DNA of 64,000 nt from Nitrospirota bacterium (GTDB taxonomy: Bacteria; Nitrospirota; UBA9217), in the NCBI GenBank assembly GCA_963749655.1, contig CAVVOB010000032.1, forward strand, positions 1 to 64,000, written 5' to 3'. The position numbers and the translations under genes were made by a program. The notes beneath the pieces are model-generated. The model saw nothing but the letters and a program-made list of their open reading frames with translations. It was not told where the DNA came from and did not search any database. Positions 1 to 9,474 of the stretch are shown here, piece after piece (positions within the stretch are counted from its first letter, which is position 1; the number at the start of each line of letters is the position of its first letter).

Positions 1-2531
1 CCGAATAAACCTGTTCTCGAGACAACCTTGCCATAGAGAAGGTCAAGAGGAAGCGGGGAAGTCCTGAAGCTGAAGGCATCGACTTCCGCAAAAGGAATCA
101 CGCTGTTCTGACCGTCCGCGTAGAGCCGGAACATTTTCCACGATGATGTGCCGGAGGCGAATTGACCAGGATCGAAGGAATAGCGGAATTTTCCTGTACG
201 ATCACAAGGTATAGCGACCGTCTTGCCGGCATCGGATTCAAGCCGTAGCACGGCTGGAATTCCCGCCAAACGGCCTTGCAGGATGATAGCCGAATTCACC
301 TGAGGAGGAACTAGAACAGCATAGGTTCCACGGTCACTGCTCATTCTCGTCAACAGTGCGTTCAATGCCGGCATATAAGGTTCGCCCCAGAAAACGATGC
401 TGTTCGCCGTCTTTGCCGCACGCTCGAGAGCGGTACCCAGCGGTGTGCTGCAATTCCATGTTTCCGCGAAAATATCGACGAAGCGCCACGACGGCTGCCC
501 CGAATCTGCCAACGACCGGTCAATGGTATCAGCCCAGTTTTTGCGCGGCGTCACTATATAGAAATTCGGTTTTCCCCAAGGGCCGCTTGCGTAAAAAGCA
601 GGATCATATGACCGAAAAGCAAGATCTTTATCGAGGGTTTCTACGATCAGGAAATCAAGATTATATTTTTCGACTATCTTTTTGTTGCCGAGCTTCTTCA
701 ACTCGTCGGGATTAATGGGAATAGATATTCTGGAAAAATCTCTTCCAAAAAATGGATAGTCCCAGGTATCTTCCTCTACGACATGGCCGATTCGATCTCC
801 CGGCAAAGTTACCGTTTCGATAAATCTGAGAAAAGGCAAAACAAGCGCTCGTTGGCCCCAAATGGCCCTTTTTTCGTTATAGCCCAACTTAAACAAGTCA
901 GTTTGACAACCATGTCCTTGAGAGAAGACCGGTTTGCAGATATTGTAAAATGTTGCGTTGAACGTGGTGTTTGCTGCAATCAACGCTACCAGTACGACAA
1001 AAAACGCTTTCCAGTTTTTCCATTGTCCGATGACAGCAGTTAGAGGAGCGGCAAACGCGACCGGAAGCACGAAGTAACGGCTTTTATAAGGAGTATAGGA
1101 TTGGAGAAAACAAAAAAATATGAAAAAAAACGCCGCAATAAAAGCATAGGCACTTTTTTCATCCATATGAATCCTGCGCAAAGCGTGGGAAATACCCCAG
1201 ACGGTTACGGGTGCGATCAGAACAAACCCTAAAATTCCAAACCATCCTATCGTATCGAAATAAACAAGCGGCGTGTCGAAAGAAAAGGGCGATATTATAT
1301 ATTTTTTAGTAATCAGATCATTGTTAAGAAATTGCTCGGCGAATGTCTTTTTTGCCTTGTTGAAACCAGCGGACAGCAGTTCCGGTGCACCGCGAAAATC
1401 GATCGCATCATAGCTGTATCGAACGGAATTCGACAGCCATTTGTCCAACCTGAAAGAGGTGTCAGCCGGCGTGGCATTAGACTGGTCGCTCAACTTGTCG
1501 GACGGATAGATGGGATGGCCGAATTCTCTGTAGTTCTGATAATTATTGTACACCCCAAGAAGCATGATTCCCATGATGCAGGAAGCTATCCAATAAAGAT
1601 ACATACGCACGCTCTTTTTGTACCACGCAAGCATTCCAAGGGAGGCCAGAGCAAACCCAGGCGCTAGAATAAAAAAAGTGTATTTGGTACCAACGGCCAG
1701 TCCGCAGGCAATTCCCGAAAGAAGGAGATTTCCTCGTTCATTGTTTCGTAATCCACTATGGAAAAAATAGAACGAACTGATCGCAAAAAAAGTCACAACG
1801 AGGTCATTGTAAGTCGAAGTCGACTGGAGAATCACCATAGGAAGACTGAGATAGACGAGCGCCGCCTGCAGAGATGAACGTCGGTCGAAATCCAAAAGAA
1901 TGGAAATCCGATAGATCACGAGCCCTATGCCGATATAGGAAAACCATTCCACAAGGTTCGCAAAAATGTCACTTTTGAGGAAGACGGCCGGCCACAAAAT
2001 GAATATTTCTGCATTGGGTGGAAATGAGTTCTGAACGCCATTTTGCGTATAAAAATGGCGCAACGACGCATGCTGCAGCCAGTAGCCTACTCGCGATAAG
2101 TGCTGAGTCATACTGTCGTAGACATTCGTCGGGACATACAGAGCCAAAAAAAGGTTTATGACCGCAGCGGCAGCAATCACAAAAAAAAGGAAGCCAATGG
2201 CGACCCTCTGGACCCTACTTACGTCCGCGGCCGGAGCTACATCTTTTTCGGTCCGAGAGGGAGGAGTTCCAAGCTTCGGCTGATACCGATAGTACAGCAT
2301 CGAGAATAACAAGGCGAGAACGACGTGCGCGGCAAGATATCCCGATGCGGAAATCATCGTCAATTCAGAAAGGACAAGTGTGCTGAAAATAACGTCGGCA
2401 GCAGCCAGCAGCAAAAAAGCGATGATTCTATCAATTCTTTCGTGGATACGCAGCAACGATGCCTGCACCGAGGCAGTTATCGATACGGCGGCAGCGGAAA
2501 GTAAGAAAGTCATAAAAGCGATCATGTGCAT
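1..2531 (-). CDS. GT-C/ArnT-PMT (GT39-like) multi-pass membrane glycosyltransferase with a long C-terminal soluble domain; 3' end runs off the window
   Basis: Not in the ORF track. Manual translation from ATG 2531: MHMIAFMTFLLS...LALYVPTNVYDSMTQHLSRVGYWLQH...FPPNAEIFILW...LPMVILQSTSTYNDL...WDYPFFGRDFSR. Both ends translate in the same frame to position 3, with many hydrophobic segments. Confidence 0.75.
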   Translation of the reverse strand, partial: MHMIAFMTFLLSAAAVSITASVQASLLRIHERIDRIIAFLLLAAADVIFSTLVLSELTMISASGYLAAHVVLALLFSMLYYRYQPKLGTPPSRTEKDVAPAADVSRVQRVAIGFLFFVIAAAAVINLFLALYVPTNVYDSMTQHLSRVGYWLQHASLRHFYTQNGVQNSFPPNAEIFILWPAVFLKSDIFANLVEWFSYIGIGLVIYRISILLDFDRRSSLQAALVYLSLPMVILQSTSTYNDLVVTFFAISSFYFFHSGLRNNERGNLLLSGIACGLAVGTKYTFFILAPGFALASLGMLAWYKKSVRMYLYWIASCIMGIMLLGVYNNYQNYREFGHPIYPSDKLSDQSNATPADTSFRLDKWLSNSVRYSYDAIDFRGAPELLSAGFNKAKKTFAEQFLNNDLITKKYIISPFSFDTPLVYFDTIGWFGILGFVLIAPVTVWGISHALRRIHMDEKSAYAFIAAFFFIFFCFLQSYTPYKSRYFVLPVAFAAPLTAVIGQWKNWKAFFVVLVALIAANTTFNATFYNICKPVFSQGHGCQTDLFKLGYNEKRAIWGQRALVLPFLRFIETVTLPGDRIGHVVEEDTWDYPFFGRDFSRISIPINPDELKKLGNKKIVEKYNLDFLIVETLDKDLAFRSYDPAFYASGPWGKPNFYIVTPRKNWADTIDRSLADSGQPSWRFVDIFAETWNCSTPLGTALERAAKTANSIVFWGEPYMPALNALLTRMSSDRGTYAVLVPPQVNSAIILQGRLAGIPAVLRLESDAGKTVAIPCDRTGKFRYSFDPGQFASGTSSWKMFRLYADGQNSVIPFAEVDAFSFRTSPLPLDLLYGKVVSRTGLF

Positions 2532-2608
2532 GTATAGTTAGCGGCGCCTGACTTAAGACCAGATTGCGCGAGAGTACGGGAACGACTGCCTGTCCTGCGC
2601 AATGCCAC

Positions 2609-3684
2609 TCATGAAGCGGGCTGGACAGGCGTCGGACTCGGCTCCTGTTCCGATGTTTTTCGCAGGTGCTGTCTCGTTCCATAACGGTGCATTGGTGTTT
2701 TCTGGGTCTTGACAAGCCTTTTTACAGGATCAAGATCCTTGATAAGCCCAATGAGCTGCGCCGTGCGCTTGGTCATTCCTTCCTCGTTGAGGTGGTAAAA
2801 CGTATCGTAAAACAGCTTTTTTCATAGAAGAACATCTGCGGTTTGCCGAGTACCGGGATATGGTTCTGCACAAAAAAATCGTTCAAGGTATCGAAATAGA
2901 ATCTGTAGTACGATTTATCATATTCCGGATTGTAAACAGTGTTTGGATAGCTGACATAGAGCGTAATGTTATGCTCCCTGCAATAGCCGCTGAATTCCTT
3001 GACCTGCTTGAGGCCCGGCCGCGGCTCGAGTTCTCCGATCGGCATGCTGAGCGGGGGCGATTCGAAAGACTTCCCCGCCTTGTTGTTCGTTTCATCGCCA
3101 TGTTCGTTCAGACTCGCCGAAGTGTATGATCCTCCCTGCTCAAATGACGGCTCGTGAAAGTCCTTTTCTTTTCGGAGGCGCACCGCAGCGATGATCTGAT
3201 CACGATTGACGGACAAGATATATCGCATGACGGTCAATGGTGAGGTATGAAACAGGTAGTCCCGGTCATAGGAAAACAGATATTCCAGCTTGACCGTGCT
3301 CGGTATCTCATCGTAAGAATATAACTCATACTCAAAGGGCAGAATGACAATATCGCCGGGTTTGAGAGACTTCTTGACCCTATGGAGAATGTAATCGGTG
3401 CCGAGTCCGACATGAACGGCCATATTCACAACCGGGATATTGAGCGCCTGCTGGATATCCTTGGTCCTGATCCCGAATAAACAGGCACTGCCGCCGAGAA
3501 AGACAACTTTATTCCCGATTATCCTGCCGGCGATCTCCTCTTTTTTGTTCATGCACCTGTCGATCCAAAGGGGCTCTTTAGATGCGGGATTTCTGAAAGA
3601 AAGAGCCACGAGACTCATGTACGCAATCATGAGCGTTACGGAAATTGCTATGGTACTATAAAACCACGATTTTGACTTGGTCAC
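2609..3684 (-). CDS. SGNH-like (AlgJ/DltD-type) O-acyltransferase partner of the MBOAT; frameshift in the A6 run at ~2817-2822
   Basis: N-terminal TM, block I VVFLGGSAC, NMAVHVGLG. Adding one A restores ...YEKKLFYDTFYHLNEEG (DxxH) and a stop at 2609. Confidence 0.65.
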
Positions 3685-3693
3685 GGGAATATC

Positions 3694-5148
3694 TCAAAAA
3701 TTAAAATAAATAAAATGAGATGTTGCAGAGAACATCGATAACAGCGAAAAAACCAGCAGCAGAGATGCTGCAACGGCAAAACCCGCCGACGGGCGGAACC
3801 GGTACTCCCATTCTCCTGAATTTTTTCCAAGGCAGGCAATCAGCAGGTACGTAATGATCATGATGATCATGATGGCGTTTCCGTTGATATGCTGAAGCCA
3901 CGACAAGGGAAGTGCGGCATAATGGCGAAAAAATCGATGCTCCGCCTTTATCAGTTCGAAGTGCACGCCCTTCATCCCCAGCATCCCTTTCAGAATGGAA
4001 AAGGCGTCGGTGAAACTGGCTGCCCTGAAAAATATCCAAGCCACGTTGATGAAATTGAAGGTAATGAACCAGCTGACGGTCTTATGCAGGCTAATTCCAG
4101 ACCTTGTCCACAATCGATGCGTTATGATGGCAAGGCCGTGCAAGGCTCCCCAGGCGACAAACGTCCACCCCGCTCCGTGCCAGATGCCTCCGATCAGAAA
4201 AGTCAACAGCAGATTCGCTAGGGTTCTCGACTGGGAGATACGGTTGCCCCCGAGTGGAATATAAACGTATTCGCGCAGAAATCTGCTTAACGTGATGTGC
4301 CAGCGCTTCCAGAAGTCCTGGATATCTCTTGCCCGGTAGGGGCTATTAAAGTTTTCGGGAAGCCGGATGTTGAACAGGAGCGCCGATCCGATGGCCATGT
4401 CCGTATATCCTGAAAAATCGTAGTATAACTGCAAGGTGTAAGACAGCGATGTGCCCCACGATTCAAAGAAGTTCAATGATGAGGGGTTGCTGAATCCGGC
4501 ATTTGCCCATACTGCGAATGTGTCCGCTACCATGACTTTCTTGAACAGGCCGATTGCGAACAGGAAAAGACCGCGCGACAAATGATCATAATCTGCCAGT
4601 TTGTTCTTCAACCTGTCAAACTGCGGCATCATCTCCCGGTGATGAATGATGGGGCCCGCCAGCAAATGAGGGAAAAAAGTTACAAACAACGCATAGTTGA
4701 GGAAATCGACCTCTTTTACTTCGTTTCTGTACGTATCAACAAGATATGCAATCTGCGTAAAGGTGAAGAAACTAATGCCGAGCGGCAGCGATATGGCCGC
4801 CAGTTTAAGATGCAGGCCGGCGAAGGCGTTTATGTTCGACAGAAAAAAATTGAAATATTTGTAATAGGCCAAGGCGGAAAGATTCACGCCTATTCCCACC
4901 GCGAGAATGAGCCGCCGAGTAATGTCTCTCCGTATCCTCCCCAGCATGACGCCGGATGCAAAATTGACAAGAATGCTGGCTGCTATCACCCGTAAATCGA
5001 CGATATTCCACCAGCCATAAAAAAAGAGCGATGTTGCGATCAACCAGATTTTTGAGCCCGTCGTTAATTTTGCCCTGCTCAAAATAAAGAAGATTATAAC
5101 GGTGACCGGCAGAAAAACGACGATAAATGAATAGGAATTAAACAGCAT
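3694..5148 (-). CDS. MBOAT family O-acyltransferase (AlgI/DltB-like)
   Basis: MLFNSYSF start with AGGAG RBS; LPLGISFFTF, DFSGYTDMAIG, NFNSPY, FWKRWHITLS, GIWHGA; FIYFNF C-terminus. Confidence 0.92.
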   Translation of the reverse strand: MLFNSYSFIVVFLPVTVIIFFILSRAKLTTGSKIWLIATSLFFYGWWNIVDLRVIAASILVNFASGVMLGRIRRDITRRLILAVGIGVNLSALAYYKYFNFFLSNINAFAGLHLKLAAISLPLGISFFTFTQIAYLVDTYRNEVKEVDFLNYALFVTFFPHLLAGPIIHHREMMPQFDRLKNKLADYDHLSRGLFLFAIGLFKKVMVADTFAVWANAGFSNPSSLNFFESWGTSLSYTLQLYYDFSGYTDMAIGSALLFNIRLPENFNSPYRARDIQDFWKRWHITLSRFLREYVYIPLGGNRISQSRTLANLLLTFLIGGIWHGAGWTFVAWGALHGLAIITHRLWTRSGISLHKTVSWFITFNFINVAWIFFRAASFTDAFSILKGMLGMKGVHFELIKAEHRFFRHYAALPLSWLQHINGNAIMIIMIITYLLIACLGKNSGEWEYRFRPSAGFAVAASLLLVFSLLSMFSATSHFIYFNF

Positions 5149-6616
5149 GAACACTCCTTGAAGCTGAAGAATCATGAGAAGGCCGGGAAGCTATCCCACC
5201 ATCCCCATATTCTTTTCCTTTTGTCTCGCGAATCGGAGCATGTTTTCGTAAAGCCCGGCGATGGATCTCGCCGTAGGTGCCCGCAGATCGTCTGACCGTC
5301 GACTGGCGTGACGGGTGCTTCTGCAGCAGGTCGACGTACAGGCGACAGTAGTTGTTCGCCTGGTCCTTGAGTTTGAAACTCTTCCGGATGAGCGAGCTGC
5401 ACTGCTTACTCATCGCGCTCCGCTTTTCTGCGTCGAACGCCAGCGCCACAATTGCTTTCGCAAGTCCGCCGGCATCCTCCTGCAGAGCCACGAGCCTGCC
5501 GTTCACATCATCGACGACGACATCCGGCATTCCGCCGATGTCGAACGCAATCACAGGAGTTCCGCACGCCATCGCTTCCAGCATCGTATTCGGCAGGTTG
5601 TCTTCGTAAGACGGCAGCACGAAAAAATCGGAGGCACTATAAATTCGTGACAGTTCTTCATCGTTGTTTACAAAGCCGAAGTCACGAACTGGAACAGGGA
5701 GTTCCCTGATCGACTCGTCCATCTTGCCTGCACAGACAATAAGAACTTTGTTCATCTTCGCAAAATCTGCGAATGTGTCATTTTTCATGCAAAGATGAAT
5801 GGCTTTAATGAGACTTTTCAAGCCCTTCCGTTGCTCGACCGCATCGGCGGAACCGAACATGATCGTCAGGATAGAGGGATCGAGACCGAGGCGCATTTTA
5901 GCATACTTTTTATCGACAGGATAGTAAATATCGGTTTCTACGGCGTTGGGGATGCATTCAATGCGGTTTTCCCGGAAAAGACTGCTTTCTGCGGCTTCAC
6001 ATGCCAGCCACCTGCTTGGGGTGACAATCGTGAGGTCCGCTCCTTTGAACAGCTCATGCTTGTCCTGAAGTACGGCTTTTGGCAGACCAAAAGGGTCTTC
6101 CCGTAATTGAGGACATTCAGAGCAGAAACCGTCATAGCGTCTGCATCCGGCTGAGTAATGACACCCACCGGTGAACGGTTTTTGATCGTGCAGGGTCCAC
6201 ACGACCGGTTTGTTCAGGGCAAAGATGGCGTTTAATGAAACCGGCGACAGGAAATCTTCTACCCAGTGTAAATTGATGATATCCGCGTTTCGCACCAGAT
6301 CGTGTGCTGAAAGATCATAGCCCGGATAGGAGAAGCTGAAATAGGTGTTCGACAGGCCGGTCCGATTGAACCAGATGTAATATTTGTTGATGAGGTGGTC
6401 AGTCCTTAAATTCAGCTCAAAATTCCGATCCCGGTCCGCACGGACGATGGTCGGAACGGTATTCTCTATATCCTTGACGAGATAGTGTGAGCGCTGACCG
6501 GAACGCAGGAGACCGTTATGCAGTCGGTAAGCCGCCTTACCGGCACCTCCTGAAATGCCGTAGGTATTGATCTGTAATACGGTGAAACTAGATTGCATTC
6601 TGCTCCCGGTCGCCAC
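5138..6616 (-). CDS. Glycosyltransferase family 4 (WcaC-like); the start may be ATG 6598
   Basis: GGAGKAAYRLH, DIINLHW, WTLHD, FTGGCHY, EDNLPNTMLEAMACG. Confidence 0.88.
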   Translation of the reverse strand: MATGSRMQSSFTVLQINTYGISGGAGKAAYRLHNGLLRSGQRSHYLVKDIENTVPTIVRADRDRNFELNLRTDHLINKYYIWFNRTGLSNTYFSFSYPGYDLSAHDLVRNADIINLHWVEDFLSPVSLNAIFALNKPVVWTLHDQKPFTGGCHYSAGCRRYDGFCSECPQLREDPFGLPKAVLQDKHELFKGADLTIVTPSRWLACEAAESSLFRENRIECIPNAVETDIYYPVDKKYAKMRLGLDPSILTIMFGSADAVEQRKGLKSLIKAIHLCMKNDTFADFAKMNKVLIVCAGKMDESIRELPVPVRDFGFVNNDEELSRIYSASDFFVLPSYEDNLPNTMLEAMACGTPVIAFDIGGMPDVVVDDVNGRLVALQEDAGGLAKAIVALAFDAEKRSAMSKQCSSLIRKSFKLKDQANNYCRLYVDLLQKHPSRQSTVRRSAGTYGEIHRRALRKHAPIRETKGKEYGDGGIASRPSHDSSASRSVHAV

Positions 6617-6763
6617 AAGTTCAAATAGGATTTCATGCAGGAATCAGACAGGAGGTCAGCCGTATGCGAGGCTGCACCGCGACTAGCTGACCATTCAGTA
6701 TTCCGAACTTTCGGAAAAGTTCATTTGCGTTCGTCTGCGCTCCGGCTGAATTGAACGGCAGTA

Positions 6764-7510
6764 TCAGTCGAATTTCAATAAATAACCGCCGCATACGTCG
6801 TCAATATAAGTAGCACGACCCTGACCGGCAAATTTTCTAAAACTTGGATCGGTAAAATGCACAATGTGCACGTCGGGATCGACAAATATGGAACCTTCCA
6901 GCAGAGGGTTCATCAAAAACTTATGATGCTCTGCGGGATCATAGAGTGGAACAGAAACATAAAGGACGCCGTTTTTATCAAGGCATTTCTTCGCATTTTC
7001 GAACAAAACGCGAGGATCTGGCAAGTGTTCAAGCACGGAAATGATCGTAATAAAATCGAATTTCTTCTGGAAAAGAGTATTGTCAAAAAATGCGCAAATG
7101 ATCTCTAATGAAAACATCCTCTTGCCATACATGACCGCATAAGGATTCGGTTCAACTCCGGAAGCACTCAAACCACGTTCATGAGCTACCCGCATCAAGG
7201 ATCCAATACCTGCACCGATATCTAAAATTTCCCTCCCCCTCGGATGCAACTTCTTCATCTCCTTCAACACGCACTTAGCTACCGAAGTATTGTGATCCAG
7301 ATAGTTAATGTGCCATATCAAATCATATGCAAGGGCCGTCTCATCTTCTTTATATCCCGATGGGTTATAAAGGGATCCACAATCTTTGCATTTAAAGAGA
7401 TCGAAAGTCTTCTTGCTTCGCACACCAACGAGCTTTCTCAAGACCTGGGACGAAGCGGAGCCGCAGGCGGGACATGTTGGTATAAATAGAGAATCGATCA
7501 CGTAAGGCAC
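6764..7510 (-). CDS. Class I SAM-dependent methyltransferase with an N-terminal CxxC..CxxC Zn-ribbon
   Basis: CPAC...CKDC; ILDIGAGIG; VLEHLPDP. Confidence 0.85.
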   Translation of the reverse strand: MPYVIDSLFIPTCPACGSASSQVLRKLVGVRSKKTFDLFKCKDCGSLYNPSGYKEDETALAYDLIWHINYLDHNTSVAKCVLKEMKKLHPRGREILDIGAGIGSLMRVAHERGLSASGVEPNPYAVMYGKRMFSLEIICAFFDNTLFQKKFDFITIISVLEHLPDPRVLFENAKKCLDKNGVLYVSVPLYDPAEHHKFLMNPLLEGSIFVDPDVHIVHFTDPSFRKFAGQGRATYIDDVCGGYLLKFD

Positions 7511-7691
7511 CCACCAATCGACAACTGTGTTAAGTATGGCGTACTCGGAAGTGTTGTGGCAATGGTAAGTAAGTTGGATTGTAGAAAAGCCATTTCGTTA
7601 CTCTGTATTCTGGCTAAGGGACTGGCTCCTGTCAGAGGAATGTCTATTCTCAAGTTACCTCGTGTTCAGCCCATGCACCGAGCGGCCGTTT

Positions 7692-8423
7692 TTACTTTGC
7701 CTTGAAAATAAAATACCATCCGCTTGCCATCCAGGCAGGTAGAATATTGGCCAGCCAAAGGTCGATTCCAGCTATAACGGCGTTTTTTGAAACACAATAG
7801 CTCAAGCCGCTTAAAACATCCGAACTGGCATGTCCTGCAAGGGAAAAACCGTTCGCATTCAGCATCCTGTTGAACGACGCAAAAGTAAAGAACTGCACAT
7901 GGTGATGTCCGCATTCCTTGTCCTTTGCCGTGTTCAAGGTCATCAGCTTCACGACCTTGTTCTTGAGCTCCCAGGGCCCGTATCCGTTAGGGACTGTGGC
8001 TATCAGGATGCCCCGAGCCGCAAGATGGCTCTTCAATTTTGCGACAATGTCGGCAGGCTGATCTGTATGTTCCAGTACTTCCGAAACGACAATGATATCA
8101 AACTTTGTTCCGCCTGCATCGAAGGTGTAGGCATTGTCCCTGCGTAAAGTAATGTTCGCTATACCCCGATCAGAGATTGACTGTTTCACACCTGCAACGA
8201 GGTTTTCGTCGAGATCGAATGCCTGCACTGTCCCACCGAATGAAGACAGGGGAAGTGTAATAGAACCGTCGCCGCAGCCTACTTCAAGTATCTTCAGCTC
8301 TGACGGGTCTCTGGCGTTGTTCTCGGCATGGGATCGGACCGCATCAAAGATGAAGCGCAGCTTTTTGATGTCGACCTTGCGCTCATATTTGCTGAAAGAC
8401 TTGAACCGGATGAAATCAATCAT
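7692..8423 (-). CDS. Class I SAM-dependent methyltransferase (UbiG/Methyltransf_23-like)
   Basis: ILEVGCGDG; SEVLEH; TVPNGYG. Confidence 0.88.
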   Translation of the reverse strand: MIDFIRFKSFSKYERKVDIKKLRFIFDAVRSHAENNARDPSELKILEVGCGDGSITLPLSSFGGTVQAFDLDENLVAGVKQSISDRGIANITLRRDNAYTFDAGGTKFDIIVVSEVLEHTDQPADIVAKLKSHLAARGILIATVPNGYGPWELKNKVVKLMTLNTAKDKECGHHHVQFFTFASFNRMLNANGFSLAGHASSDVLSGLSYCVSKNAVIAGIDLWLANILPAWMASGWYFIFKAK

Positions 8424-8457
8424 GACGATATCCCTTTTCCGCTGTCTCTATACCGTT

Positions 8458-9462
8458 TCATTGTTTCACGATCATCCCCTGCGTTCCTCCTACGCGGATG
8501 ATCTTTTCCTTCTTGTCGAGGAAAAAAGCATTTGCGATAGGTATCCCGTGGTTGTGATAACAGCCGTGGTTGTAATTGTCGATCAGGATGATCCCTCCCG
8601 AAGGGACTCGGGGATAGAGATACTCCATAATGTCCGGCAGAGCGTAAAAATCGATGAACGCAAAAGCAATGTTCTTGAGCGGGCTTCCTTCGAATACTCC
8701 CGGGGCATGTCCCTTCAGCAACTTTACGGACTTGAACCGGGAAAGATTCCTGGAAACCGTCTCGTAGCTCAAGTGCGGGATATAATCCTGGGGATCGAAG
8801 CCGTCACAGGAGTATAAGGTCTTGTTGATGGCATACGCCTCCATGATGCTTGCCATGTAATAGGTGCTGCCCCCTTCCCCGGTGCCGACCTCGACGATAT
8901 CGCCAAGCATGTCGGCCGTTGTCTTGATGCAATCGATCAGCCTGATGATACTGTCCGTGGGGATCGTACATTCCATGGGCAACGACTGCTTGATGGACAG
9001 ATAATCGTAATCAAACACCTCGGGATTATTGCCGTAGGATATGCGTCCGAGCTCGTAGTTGTACCGGATACGGAACTTCCACAGGCCTTCGACGGTCAGT
9101 GCTCGTGCGGGCCGAAGGATCTCGAAATACAGAAGATCAAGATAGACATACTGGAAATTGACGTCCGTTATAATGATCGGATCGGCTGCGGTTTTCCTGT
9201 ATTCGGGAAAACCGATAACCGGGACGTCGCCGATCTTTTGCCCGTGTTTTGCCGGGTCCAGATCGACGACCGCTTTGTAGGTACGCGGGAATTTCTTGAT
9301 CAACTTTTCTGCGGCGCGGCTGGAACCGAACAGATAGATGCCATTGCCGAGCTCTTTGGTCCATTCAATGAACTTGTCCATAAACAGCTCAGACGGGTCA
9401 TTGTTGACCGGTTTGACCGAGAAGGACGCTAACAGTCGTTTAATAAGAATATCGTGAAACAC
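8458..9462 (-). CDS. TylF/MycF-like sugar O-methyltransferase with an N-terminal Rossmann-like domain
   Basis: GDIVEVGTGEGGS, YSCDGF, AFAFIDF, GGIILIDNY; N-terminal IYLFGSS...VVDLDPAKHG..IGDVPV. Confidence 0.75.
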   Translation of the reverse strand: MFHDILIKRLLASFSVKPVNNDPSELFMDKFIEWTKELGNGIYLFGSSRAAEKLIKKFPRTYKAVVDLDPAKHGQKIGDVPVIGFPEYRKTAADPIIITDVNFQYVYLDLLYFEILRPARALTVEGLWKFRIRYNYELGRISYGNNPEVFDYDYLSIKQSLPMECTIPTDSIIRLIDCIKTTADMLGDIVEVGTGEGGSTYYMASIMEAYAINKTLYSCDGFDPQDYIPHLSYETVSRNLSRFKSVKLLKGHAPGVFEGSPLKNIAFAFIDFYALPDIMEYLYPRVPSGGIILIDNYNHGCYHNHGIPIANAFFLDKKEKIIRVGGTQGMIVKQ

Positions 9463-9474
9463 TGAATTCCTCCT

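Noticed and set aside
1111-2188. A7-A8 tracts in the GT-C gene as phase-variation sites
   Set aside because: They are Phe/Leu codon runs in TM segments, the frame is intact, and the tracts are short.
356-2309. Small plus-strand ORFs at the window start
   Set aside because: They lie antisense to the continuous minus-strand GT-C gene.
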